Assembly: GCA_045655125.1 (NCBI GenBank)
Contig: JAZOOR010000050.1
Location: 282 to 24,281 of the forward strand
Length of the DNA: 24,000 bases
Direction: 5' to 3'
Source: Oscillospiraceae bacterium
GTDB lineage: Bacteria > Bacillota > Clostridia > Oscillospirales > Ruminococcaceae
How positions within the stretch are numbered: the first letter of the stretch is position 1; the number at the start of each line of letters is the position of its first letter. A program made the translations under genes and the position numbers. A model generated the notes under the pieces. It was not told the origin of the DNA. It did no database searches and saw only the letters and a program-made list of their open reading frames with translations. Below are positions 1-8,124 of this stretch, one piece after another.

Positions 1-867
1 CGCCTTTCCGAGAGGAAGGACATTTCGCTCATCACATTACCCGAGGAAAAAAGAAAGGATATCGAGGCTCGAAAAGAGGCACTAAACAGTGCTGATATAG
101 CCTTTCTTTGTCTGCCCGATGCGGCGGCTATAGAGGCTGTCGCTCTAATAGACAATCCCGACACCGCAGTTATAGACACCTCAACAGCGCACAGAACAGA
201 TAGCGGATGGACATATGGCTTTCCTGAGCTTTCAGGTCAGCGTGAAAAAATTAAGAACTCTAAACGCATCGCAAACCCCGGCTGTCACGCAAGCGGCTTT
301 GTTGCCCTCGCGGCGCCCTTAGTTAGCGCGGGAATAATTTCTAAAGATGCAGTGCTTTCCTGCATCTCAATTACAGGCTATTCGGGCGGCGGCAAGAAAA
401 TGATTGCAGAGTATGAGGCAGAGGATAGAAATCCCCTTCTCTCAGCCCCCAGAATGTACGGCATTTCTCAGCAGCACAAGCACCTTAAAGAAATGGCGGC
501 GATAAGCTCGCTTTCCAATAAACCTATTTTCTGTCCCATAGTCGCTGACTTTTACAGCGGTATGGAGGTCAGTATTCCTCTCTCGGTAGATGAGATAAAC
601 GGAAATCTTAAAACCATTTGCGAGTGTTATCAGGATTATTATAAATTCGGTCTTGTCCACTTTGATGAGAATGCAGATGAAGAGGGATTTCTTTCGGCAT
701 CGGCGCTCAGCGGCAGAGACGATATGCAAATACAGGTTTTGGGAAATGAGGAAAGAATTGTTCTTGTAAGCCGATTTGACAATCTTGGAAAGGGTGCAAG
801 CGGCGCGGCAATTCAGAATATGAATATCCTGCTTTCAGCACCCGAGGCGGCAGGACTTAATGTATAA
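1..867 (+). CDS. argC: N-acetyl-gamma-glutamyl-phosphate reductase, 5' end outside window
   Basis: Frame 1 is open from base 1 to the TAA at 865-867, so the track start at 352 (GTG) is internal. The translation contains ...RIANPGCHASGF... (catalytic Cys region) and ...RFDNLGKGASGAAIQNMN... (typical ArgC C-terminus). It heads an argJ-argB-argD-argF cluster. Confidence 0.9.
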   Translation, partial: RLSERKDISLITLPEEKRKDIEARKEALNSADIAFLCLPDAAAIEAVALIDNPDTAVIDTSTAHRTDSGWTYGFPELSGQREKIKNSKRIANPGCHASGFVALAAPLVSAGIISKDAVLSCISITGYSGGGKKMIAEYEAEDRNPLLSAPRMYGISQQHKHLKEMAAISSLSNKPIFCPIVADFYSGMEVSIPLSVDEINGNLKTICECYQDYYKFGLVHFDENADEEGFLSASALSGRDDMQIQVLGNEERIVLVSRFDNLGKGASGAAIQNMNILLSAPEAAGLNV

Positions 868-883
868 AACGGAGGAACTTTTA

Positions 884-2098
884 ATGAAACAGATACAGGG
901 CGGCATTTGCGCCGCAAAAGGCTTTACCGCAAACGGTATTCACTGTGGAATTCGGAAAAACCGCACAAAGAGGGATCTTTCGCTCATTTATAGCAGTACC
1001 CCTTGCACTGCGGCAGCGGTTTATACCCAAAATCTTGTTAAGGGTGCGCCTCTTTTAGTTACAAAAAAACATCTTGAAAACGGCAAGGCTCAGGCTGTTA
1101 TCTGCAACAGCGGAAATGCCAATACCTGCAATGCAAACGGAATTGAAATTGCAGAAAAAATGAGCAGCATACTTGCAGAAAAGCTTTCGATAAATACTGA
1201 TGATGTTGTCGTTGCTTCAACGGGAGTTATCGGTCAGCCTCTTGACATTACCCCTATTGAAAACGGCATACCCGCTCTAATTGAGGGTCTTTCCAAGAAT
1301 GGAGGCACAGCCGCCGCAGAGGGAATTATGACCACCGACACAGTAGAAAAAGAGATAGCAGTTGAGTTTACTGTCGGCGGCAAGACCTGCCGTATCGGCG
1401 GAATTGCAAAGGGCAGCGGTATGATTCATCCCAATATGGCAACAATGCTTGTATTTATCACAACCGATGTTGCAATATCCGCGCCCATGCTTAAAAAAGC
1501 ACTATCATCAGATATTTCAGATACCTTCAATATGATAAGTGTTGACGGTGACACCTCAACAAACGATATGGTAACTGTTCTTGCAAACGGTCAGGCAGAA
1601 AATTACGAGATTTGCGAGGAAAATGAGGATTTCAAGACCTTTATGAAGGCGCTTAACACCGTAAACGTTTATCTTTGCAAAAAGATAGCGGCTGACGGTG
1701 AGGGAGCTAGTAAGCTGCTCGAATGCTCTGTTAGCGGGGCCGCCAGCACTCTTGATGCCAAGGCGGTTGCTAAAAGTGTTGTCTGCTCAAGTCTTTTAAA
1801 GGCAGCAATGTTCGGCGCTGATGCAAACTGGGGCAGAGTTCTCTGTGCTATAGGTTACAGCAGAGCAAACCTTGATATAAACAAAGTTAGCGTTGCCTTT
1901 AAGAGCGCAAAGGGTAGTATTTTAGTCTGCGAAAACGGCGCAGGTGTTGACTTTTCCGAGGAAAAGGCAAAGGAAATTCTTTTGGAGAAAGAAATTGAAA
2001 TTGCAGTCGCCTTAGGTGACGGTGAGGCGGCAGCTACCGCTTGGGGCTGTGACCTTACATATGATTATGTTAAAATAAACGGCGATTACCGCACCTAA
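884..2098 (+). CDS. argJ: Bifunctional ornithine acetyltransferase / N-acetylglutamate synthase
   Basis: The self-cleavage region KGSGMIHPNMATMLVFITTD and the C-terminal CDLTYDYVKINGDYRT are typical of ArgJ. I prefer the ATG at 884, preceded by GGAGG at 871-875, over the track start at 860, which overlaps the argC stop. Confidence 0.9.
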   Translation: MKQIQGGICAAKGFTANGIHCGIRKNRTKRDLSLIYSSTPCTAAAVYTQNLVKGAPLLVTKKHLENGKAQAVICNSGNANTCNANGIEIAEKMSSILAEKLSINTDDVVVASTGVIGQPLDITPIENGIPALIEGLSKNGGTAAAEGIMTTDTVEKEIAVEFTVGGKTCRIGGIAKGSGMIHPNMATMLVFITTDVAISAPMLKKALSSDISDTFNMISVDGDTSTNDMVTVLANGQAENYEICEENEDFKTFMKALNTVNVYLCKKIAADGEGASKLLECSVSGAASTLDAKAVAKSVVCSSLLKAAMFGADANWGRVLCAIGYSRANLDINKVSVAFKSAKGSILVCENGAGVDFSEEKAKEILLEKEIEIAVALGDGEAAATAWGCDLTYDYVKINGDYRT

Positions 2099-2119
2099 AA
2101 GGAAAGAGAGGCTTTTAAT

Positions 2120-2992
2120 ATGGAAAACCATTTTTCTAATGCGCAGCGTGCCGAGGTGCTCACTCAGGCTCTGCCTCACATAAAGCGCTACAACGGCAAG
2201 GTTGTTGTGGTTAAATACGGCGGAAACGCTATGATTGATGAGGAAATCAAGCAGCAGGTTATGGAAGACATCGTGCTGCTCTGGCTCATCGGTGTTAAGA
2301 TTGTCTTGGTTCACGGCGGGGGTCCCGAGATTAGCGATATTATGCAAAAGCTCGGCAAACAGCCTCAGTTTGTGGATGGACTCAGAGTAACCGACAAGGA
2401 AACTGTAGATATAGTTCAGATGGTGCTTGCGGGAAAGGTTAACAAAAGCCTTGTAAATCTGCTTGAAATGAACGGCGGTAAAGCAATGGGCATCTCGGGT
2501 ATGGACGGCGGACTTATTGAGGCTGAGCCTAAGGACCCTCGTCTCGGATATGTCGGCTCTATCAAGAAAATTCATATTGACCCTGTTATCGACCTTCTTG
2601 AAAAGAACTATATCCCTGTAATTTCCACCGTCGGCTGCGACCGTGACGGTAACACATATAACATAAACGGCGACACCGCCGCCGCCTATATAGCAGGTGC
2701 TCTCGGCGCGGAAAGACTTATTATGATGACTGATATTGCAGGTATTCTTATGGATAAGGATGACCCCAAAACTCTTATTTCGGAAATCACCATCGACGAG
2801 GCTAAAAAACTGTTTAATGACAGCGTAATTTCAGGCGGAATGATTCCAAAGGTGCAGTGCTGTATTGATGCAATCTCTGAGGGAGTTAAAAATGTAATTA
2901 TAATGGATGGCAGAGTGCCTCATTCTATTCTTATGGAGCTTCTCACCGATGAGGGTGCAGGTACAATGGTAACCGGAGGAAAAAATGAATAA
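2120..2992 (+). CDS. argB: Acetylglutamate kinase
   Basis: Amino-acid-kinase family motifs are present: VVVKYGGNAM, VLVHGGGPEI and NINGDTAA. It sits between argJ and argD. Confidence 0.92.
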   Translation: MENHFSNAQRAEVLTQALPHIKRYNGKVVVVKYGGNAMIDEEIKQQVMEDIVLLWLIGVKIVLVHGGGPEISDIMQKLGKQPQFVDGLRVTDKETVDIVQMVLAGKVNKSLVNLLEMNGGKAMGISGMDGGLIEAEPKDPRLGYVGSIKKIHIDPVIDLLEKNYIPVISTVGCDRDGNTYNINGDTAAAYIAGALGAERLIMMTDIAGILMDKDDPKTLISEITIDEAKKLFNDSVISGGMIPKVQCCIDAISEGVKNVIIMDGRVPHSILMELLTDEGAGTMVTGGKNE

Positions 2993-4151
2993 TACTTTTG
3001 AACTTGACAAGTCTTATATTGCGGGAACATATGGTAGATTTCCAGTAGAGCTTGAGAGCGGAATGGGCAGCGAAATTTTTGCTCCCGATGGAAAGCGCTA
3101 TATTGATATGGGCTCAGGAATAGGTGTTACCGCGTTCGGCATTGCAGACAGTCAGTGGGTAGCCGCAGTGACAAGTCAGCTTTCACGGCTTCAGCACACA
3201 TCAAACCTCTACTACACCGAGCCTTGCGCCCGTCTTGCAAAGCTTCTTTGCGAGAGAACGGGTATGAAAAAGGTGTTTTTTGCAAACTCGGGAGCAGAGG
3301 CTAACGAATGTGCTATAAAAACTGCAAGAAAATATGCCGCTGAGAAAAAAGGCGCGGAGTATACTACTATTATAACTCTTGAAAACAGCTTTCATGGCAG
3401 AACAATAACCACCCTTGCTGCAACAGGTCAGGAGCATTATCACGAGCTGTTTCAGCCTTTGACTTCTGGCTTTGCTCACACCCCTGCAAATGATTTTGAG
3501 GCACTTAAAACACTTGCGGAGCAGAACAAAACCGCCGCTATAATGATAGAGTGCGTTCAGGGCGAGGGCGGAGTTATCGCGCTAAATGAGGATTTTGTAA
3601 AGAAAACTGCAGAGTATGCAAAGGAAAATGACATTCTTTTAATTGTTGACGAGGTGCAGACAGGAAACGGCAGAACAGGCAAGCTTTATGCCTATATGAA
3701 TTATGGCATTACCCCCGACATTGTTTCCACTGCAAAGGGAATAGGCGGCGGCCTTCCCCTCGGCGCTTGCCTACTTGGAGAAAAGGTTGAATTTACATTA
3801 GGAAAAGGCGACCACGGCTCTACCTTTGGCGGAAACCCCGTTTGCTGCGCGGGTGCGCTCAGCGTCCTTGAGAGAATTGATGAAAAGCTTCTTTCAGAGG
3901 TGGAGGATAAGAGCAAATATATTTTCGATAGATTAAACGGCGCAGAGGGAATTGAAAGCGTCAGCGGTCTGGGACTTATGATAGGCATTAAAACCGTAAA
4001 GCCTGCTTCCGAGGTTGTAAATGCCTGCATTGAAAAAGGCGTTCTCTGCCTTACTGCTAAGGATAAGGTCAGACTTCTGCCTGCGCTTAATATTCCTATG
4101 GATATTCTCGCCGAGGCTATTGAGATAATCTGTGGTATTTGCAAAGAGTAA
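2985..4151 (+). CDS. argD: Acetylornithine aminotransferase (class III PLP aminotransferase)
   Basis: Motifs seen are SGAEANE, DEVQTGNGRTGK, STAKGIGGG (PLP lysine) and STFGGNP. The start overlaps the argB stop by 8 nt, with GGAGGA at 2974-2979. Confidence 0.9.
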   Translation: MNNTFELDKSYIAGTYGRFPVELESGMGSEIFAPDGKRYIDMGSGIGVTAFGIADSQWVAAVTSQLSRLQHTSNLYYTEPCARLAKLLCERTGMKKVFFANSGAEANECAIKTARKYAAEKKGAEYTTIITLENSFHGRTITTLAATGQEHYHELFQPLTSGFAHTPANDFEALKTLAEQNKTAAIMIECVQGEGGVIALNEDFVKKTAEYAKENDILLIVDEVQTGNGRTGKLYAYMNYGITPDIVSTAKGIGGGLPLGACLLGEKVEFTLGKGDHGSTFGGNPVCCAGALSVLERIDEKLLSEVEDKSKYIFDRLNGAEGIESVSGLGLMIGIKTVKPASEVVNACIEKGVLCLTAKDKVRLLPALNIPMDILAEAIEIICGICKE

Positions 4152-4163
4152 GGAGAAAAGGAT

Positions 4164-5153
4164 ATGGAACTTAATTTAAAGGGTAAAAGCTTTTTAAAGC
4201 TATTAGATTTCACTCCGTCAGAGATAGAGGGGCTTATAAAGCTTGCTGCTGACCTTAAAAAGCAGAAAAAGGCAGGCATTTCCCACCGTATGTGCGAGGG
4301 AAAAAGCGTTGCTCTGCTTTTTGAAAAGGACAGCACCCGTACACGCTGCGCCTTTGAGGTTGCGGCGGCTGACCTCGGTATGCACCCCGTTTATCTCGGA
4401 CCCTCAGGCTCTCAGATGGGCAAAAAGGAAAGCATTGCCGACACCGCAAGGGTGCTTGGTAGAATGTTTGATGGTATTGAGTACCGCGGATATGGTCAGG
4501 AGATTGTTGAGGAGCTTGCAAGCTGCGCAGGTGTCCCCGTCTGGAACGGACTTACAAATGAATTTCACCCCACACAAATTCTTGCTGATTTCTTAACCAT
4601 TATAGAGCATTTTGGCACTCTCAAGGGTAAAAAACTCGTTTATATGGGTGATGCCCGCTATAATATGGGAAATTCTCTTATGGTCGGTTGCGCCAAAATG
4701 GGTATGCACTTTGTTGCTTGCGCTCCCAAAGAATATTTCCCGGGAAAAGAGCTTATAGAGGAGTGTAAGAAGGTAGCGGCTGAAACAGGCGCAGTTTTAG
4801 AGTTTATTGAAGAGCCGGAAAAAGCGGTTATCGGCGCCGATGTTATTTACACAGATGTGTGGGTTTCCATGGGCGAGGCAGACGAGGTTTGGGCAGAGCG
4901 TATCCGCCTGCTTTCACCCTATCAGGTAACCCGCAAGCTTATGGACATAGCAGGTAAACAGTGCCGCTTTATGCACTGTCTGCCCGCATTTCACGACCTT
5001 AAAACCAAAATCGGCAGAGAGGTTTATGAAAAATTCGGTATGGAGTGCTTAGAGGTCACCGATGAGGTGTTTGAGAGCGAGCAATCAATAGTTTTTGATG
5101 AGGCTGAAAATCGACTGCACACTATTAAAGCTGTAATGGCGGCAACACTGTAA
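4164..5153 (+). CDS. argF: Ornithine carbamoyltransferase
   Basis: It has the STRTR carbamoyl-phosphate motif, [12 protein letters not shown] and HCLPAF (the ornithine-type signature). AAGGAG lies upstream. Confidence 0.92.
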   Translation: MELNLKGKSFLKLLDFTPSEIEGLIKLAADLKKQKKAGISHRMCEGKSVALLFEKDSTRTRCAFEVAAADLGMHPVYLGPSGSQMGKKESIADTARVLGRMFDGIEYRGYGQEIVEELASCAGVPVWNGLTNEFHPTQILADFLTIIEHFGTLKGKKLVYMGDARYNMGNSLMVGCAKMGMHFVACAPKEYFPGKELIEECKKVAAETGAVLEFIEEPEKAVIGADVIYTDVWVSMGEADEVWAERIRLLSPYQVTRKLMDIAGKQCRFMHCLPAFHDLKTKIGREVYEKFGMECLEVTDEVFESEQSIVFDEAENRLHTIKAVMAATL

Positions 5154-5168
5154 ATTTTAAAAAAACTG

Positions 5169-5197
5169 TTGACAAGGCAGTTTGCGTGTGCTATAAT
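5169..5197 (+). promoter_or_regulatory. Sigma-A type promoter P1: -35 TTGACA 5169-5174, 17-nt spacer, extended -10 TGcTATAAT 5189-5197
   Basis: Both hexamers match consensus exactly, the spacing is 17 nt and a TGn extension is present. The promoter lies directly upstream of T-box leader 1. Confidence 0.8.
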
Positions 5198-5204
5198 GCA
5201 CTTA

Positions 5205-5482
5205 AATTTTTAAAAGGCTATGACGAAGACGGTTTGGTGCTTTAATGCTTTACAGAGAGTCGATGGCAGGTGAAAATCGGCAGCAGAGTTCCAAAAACCT
5301 ATCACTTCTGAGCCGGAAGCCCGAAAGCCGTAATGGTTAGTAGACGTTTCCCGTGATTGCTGCGTAAAGGCATAGGAGTTGATAGACTCTAAGAGTGGTA
5401 GCTTAGGCTGCAATTTGAGTGGTACCGCGGATGTTTTTAACACCCGTCTCAAAGAATTTCTTTGAGACGGGTTCTTTATTTT
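5205..5482 (+). promoter_or_regulatory. T-box riboswitch leader 1, specifier read as AUC (Ile) at 5301-5303
   Basis: Stem I elements seen are the GA/K-turn TGACGAAG (5221-5228) paired with CTTC-TGA (5305-5311), the AG bulge AGAGAG (5254-5259) and the distal loop GGTGAAA (5269-5275). The T-box sequence is TTTGAGTGGTACCGCGG (5414-5430). A terminator hairpin follows at 5442-5472 with a T-rich tail. The 5' boundary is approximate. Confidence 0.88.
5442..5482 (+). terminator. Intrinsic terminator of T-box leader 1
   Basis: A 13-bp perfect stem pairs ACCCGTCTCAAAG with CTTTGAGACGGGT, followed by TCTTTATTTT. Its 5' arm lies 11 nt downstream of the T-box sequence (5414-5430), so the intervening segment plus this arm could form the competing antiterminator. 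Confidence 0.85.
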
Positions 5483-5504
5483 AACTTTTTAAGGAGGAAT
5501 TAAA

Positions 5505-7772
5505 ATGTCAACTGTTGCAAACGACAAGATGTACGAGGTGGCGATGCGAATTCGCGAGATGCGACTGATTGCAGGCTACAGTGAAAAAGAAATGGCTGAA
5601 AAAACCGAAACCGCGCTCGATACATACATAAAGCTTGAAGCAGGAGAATTAGACTTTCCTTTTTCTTTTATCCATAAATGCGCTCAGGTGTTTTCTATCG
5701 GTATGTCCGATCTTTTGGAGGGTGCAACTAGCGCCCGACTTACATCATACACCGTAACAAGACGCGGAAAAGGTCAGCAGACCGCAAAAGAGGACGGTAT
5801 CAATATCGCCAACCTCGCTCCCAAATTCAGAAATAAAATTGCTGAGCCTTACTGGGTAAAATATGATTTCGACCCCGCTCAGCAGAATAAACCTATTCAT
5901 TTAGCTACCCACAGCGGTCAGGAATTTGACCTTGTTATCAGCGGAAAGCTCAAGGTTCAGATAGGTGACCATATCGAAGTGCTTGAGGAGGGTGACAGCA
6001 TCTATTATGACTCCTCAACACCCCACGGTATGATAGCCGTAGACGGTCAGCAGTGTGTTTTTTGTGCAGTTGTTCTTCCCGGTGAAGACACCAAGGAAGA
6101 AACTGTTCGTCAGAGCATTGTTACTGCAAAAAAATCCGAGCCTCTTGTCTGCGAAAAATTTGTAAAAACTCAGGAAAACGAAAAGGGCGCCCTTGAGAAA
6201 ATTGAATTTACCAATACAGACACCTTTAACTTTGGCTTTGATATTGTAGATGAGATTGCAAATAAGTATCCAGACAAGCTTGCAATGCTGCATCTTGATA
6301 AAAATAAAAACGAGCGCCGCTTTACATTCAGAGATATCAAGCACTATTCAAGTCAGTGCGCTAACTACTTTACCTCGCTCGGAATTGGGCGCGGCGACAA
6401 GGTGATGCTTGTCTTAAAGCGCCACTACCAATTCTGGTTTGCGATGGTAGCTCTTCATAAAATCGGTGCCGTTGCAATTCCTGCAACCAATCAGCTTAAA
6501 GAGCATGATTTTGAATACCGCTTTAATGCCGCAGGCGTATCTGCAATCGTCTGCACTGCTGATGGTGACACCGCCGATATTGCCGCAGCTGCAGCTGAGA
6601 AATGTCCTCAGGTTAAGGCTAAGGTGCTTGTAGGCGGGAAAAAAGAGGGCTGGCATAACTTTGATGAGGAATACAGGCTTTTCTCTCGCAAATTTGAAAG
6701 ACCTGAAAATGCATCAGCAGGCGATGAAACCGCCCTCATGTTCTTTACTTCGGGTACAACGGGTAATCCCAAAATGGCTGCCCACAAGCACACCTATGCT
6801 CTGGGACATTTTGTAACCGCTAAGTACTGGCACTGCTGCGAGCGTGACGGACTGCACCTCACTATCTCCGATACGGGCTGGGGCAAGAGCCTTTGGGGTA
6901 AACTGTACGGTCAGTGGCTGTGCGAGGGCGCAGTGTTTGTCTATGACTTTGACCGCTTTGATGAAAATGACATTTTGCCGATGTTTGCAAAATACGGCAT
7001 CACCACCTTCTGCGCGCCGCCTACTATGCTGCGTATGCTCATTCGCGGTGATTTAAGCAAGTATGATTTAAGCTCTATCCATCATATGACAACTGCAGGT
7101 GAGGCATTAAACCCTGAGGTACACAAGCAGTTTAAAGCCGCAACGGGACTTGAGATTATGGAAGGCTTCGGACAGACCGAAACCACTCTTGCTATTGCAA
7201 ACCTTGTCGGCACAACTCCTAAAATCGGCTCAATGGGTAAGGCTTCTCCCCAGTTTGACCTTGATATTGTTGACCCCGATGGCAACAGTGTTCCGACGGG
7301 CGAGGTTGGCGAAATTGTTATCCACACAGATAAAGAAGTTTCTTGCGGACTCTTTAAGGAATATTATCTTGACGATGAAAAAACCTCTGATGCTTGGCAC
7401 GATGGACTTTATCACACAGGCGACACCGCTTGGCGCGATGAGGACGGATATTTCTGGTATGTTAGTCGTATTGACGATGTTATCAAGTCCTCAGGATACC
7501 GTATAGGACCTTTCGAGATTGAAAGCGTTATTATGGAGCTTCCCTATGTTGTTGAGTGCGGTGTTTCTGCTGCTCCCGATGAGGTTCGCGGTCAGGTTGT
7601 TAAGGCAAGCATAGTCTTAACAAAGGGTACCGAGGGAACTGAAGAGCTTAAAAAAGAAATTCAGCAGTATGTAAAGGAGCACACCGCTCCCTATAAGTAT
7701 CCCCGTGTTGTTGTATTCCGTGATAGCCTGCCCAAGACAATCAGCGGAAAAATTCAGAGGAATAAACTGTAA
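5505..7772 (+). CDS. Fusion protein: N-terminal XRE-type HTH + cupin domain, C-terminal AMP-forming medium/short-chain acyl-CoA synthetase (ACSM/MACS-like)
   Basis: AGGAGG lies at 5492-5497. The N-terminus has an HTH-like AMRIREMRLIAGYSEKEMAEKTE and a cupin core THSGQEFDLVISGKLKV...GDSIYYDSSTPHGM. The ligase motifs are FFTSGTTGNPKM, GFGQTE, YHTGDTAWRDEDGYFWYVSRIDDVIKSSGYRIGPFEIES and PKTISGKIQR. Confidence 0.85.
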   Translation: MSTVANDKMYEVAMRIREMRLIAGYSEKEMAEKTETALDTYIKLEAGELDFPFSFIHKCAQVFSIGMSDLLEGATSARLTSYTVTRRGKGQQTAKEDGINIANLAPKFRNKIAEPYWVKYDFDPAQQNKPIHLATHSGQEFDLVISGKLKVQIGDHIEVLEEGDSIYYDSSTPHGMIAVDGQQCVFCAVVLPGEDTKEETVRQSIVTAKKSEPLVCEKFVKTQENEKGALEKIEFTNTDTFNFGFDIVDEIANKYPDKLAMLHLDKNKNERRFTFRDIKHYSSQCANYFTSLGIGRGDKVMLVLKRHYQFWFAMVALHKIGAVAIPATNQLKEHDFEYRFNAAGVSAIVCTADGDTADIAAAAAEKCPQVKAKVLVGGKKEGWHNFDEEYRLFSRKFERPENASAGDETALMFFTSGTTGNPKMAAHKHTYALGHFVTAKYWHCCERDGLHLTISDTGWGKSLWGKLYGQWLCEGAVFVYDFDRFDENDILPMFAKYGITTFCAPPTMLRMLIRGDLSKYDLSSIHHMTTAGEALNPEVHKQFKAATGLEIMEGFGQTETTLAIANLVGTTPKIGSMGKASPQFDLDIVDPDGNSVPTGEVGEIVIHTDKEVSCGLFKEYYLDDEKTSDAWHDGLYHTGDTAWRDEDGYFWYVSRIDDVIKSSGYRIGPFEIESVIMELPYVVECGVSAAPDEVRGQVVKASIVLTKGTEGTEELKKEIQQYVKEHTAPYKYPRVVVFRDSLPKTISGKIQRNKL

Positions 7773-7787
7773 AATTTGTTATTTCTA

Positions 7788-7817
7788 TTGACAAATTTCC
7801 CTAAACTGTGATATACT
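7788..7817 (+). promoter_or_regulatory. Sigma-A type promoter P2: -35 TTGACA 7788-7793, 18-nt spacer, extended -10 TGaTATACT 7809-7817
   Basis: The -35 is consensus and the -10 is near-consensus with a TGn extension. It starts 16 nt after the stop of the upstream ligase gene and directly precedes T-box leader 2. Confidence 0.7.
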
Positions 7818-7824
7818 TATTTAT

Positions 7825-8098
7825 ATATTGAAAGGCATTGACGAAGAGTACACAAAGGAATGTCCCACAGAGAGATGGCGGCGGGTGAAAGTCCATCGGA
7901 AACAGCTTTTGTGTTTGTAGCTTCTGAGCCGAAAGGAAGAAAGCGTGCGCGTGAGTAGAACCTTTCCGTGACTGCTGCGTAAATGCATAGGAGTTGTTAG
8001 ACTCTAAGAGTGGCGGCGAGAGCTGCAATTTGAGTGGTACCGCGGGTGTATTTTACAGCACTCGTCTCAAAGTCATAGCTTTGGGGCGGGTGTTTTTT
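7825..8098 (+). promoter_or_regulatory. T-box riboswitch leader 2, specifier read as GUA (Val) at 7917-7919
   Basis: Elements seen are TGACGAAG (7839-7846) paired with CTTC-TGA (7921-7927), helix ACACAAA/TTTGTGT, AG bulge AGAGAG (7869-7874), distal loop GGTGAAA (7884-7890), T-box sequence TTTGAGTGGTACCGCGG (8029-8045) and a terminator at 8059-8098. The 3' half is close to identical to leader 1. Confidence 0.88.
8059..8098 (+). terminator. Intrinsic terminator of T-box leader 2
   Basis: A 14-bp stem pairs CACTCGTCTCAAAG with CTTTGGGGCGGGTG (three G-U pairs), with a 6-nt loop, followed by TTTTTT at 8093-8098. Confidence 0.82.
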
Positions 8099-8124
8099 CG
8101 TCCCGACAGAACGGAGAGAATGAA

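Noticed and set aside
860-883. The track start for argJ at 860, and the internal GTG start for argC at 352.
   Set aside because: The 860 ATG overlaps the argC stop and has no RBS, whereas the ATG at 884 follows GGAGG. The argC frame is open back to base 1, so 352 is internal.
3701-4336. A 211-aa minus-strand ORF. Similar long antisense ORFs lie at 2012-2575, 9094-9771, 15880-16647 and 19084-19836.
   Set aside because: All lie fully antisense to genes with clear family motifs. Their translations are low-complexity (Ser/Pro/Leu/Cys-rich). I see no RBS. They are typical shadow ORFs of moderate-GC coding DNA.
5210-5452. An 80-aa minus-strand ORF, plus a 75-aa one at 7801-8028. The two share peptide similarity (…INSYAFTQQSRE…).
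   Set aside because: They exactly overlie the two T-box leaders. The shared peptide is a by-product of the conserved RNA sequence, not evidence of coding.
7915-7920. An alternative reading of the T-box 2 specifier as UGU (Cys). Similarly, CAC (His) for T-box 1 and UCU (Ser) for T-box 3.
   Set aside because: All three leaders have UGGU in the acceptor-pairing bulge, which implies a discriminator A73. That does not fit bacterial tRNA-Cys (U73), tRNA-His (C73) or tRNA-Ser (G73). The registers also break the 'codon then purine then helix' rule.
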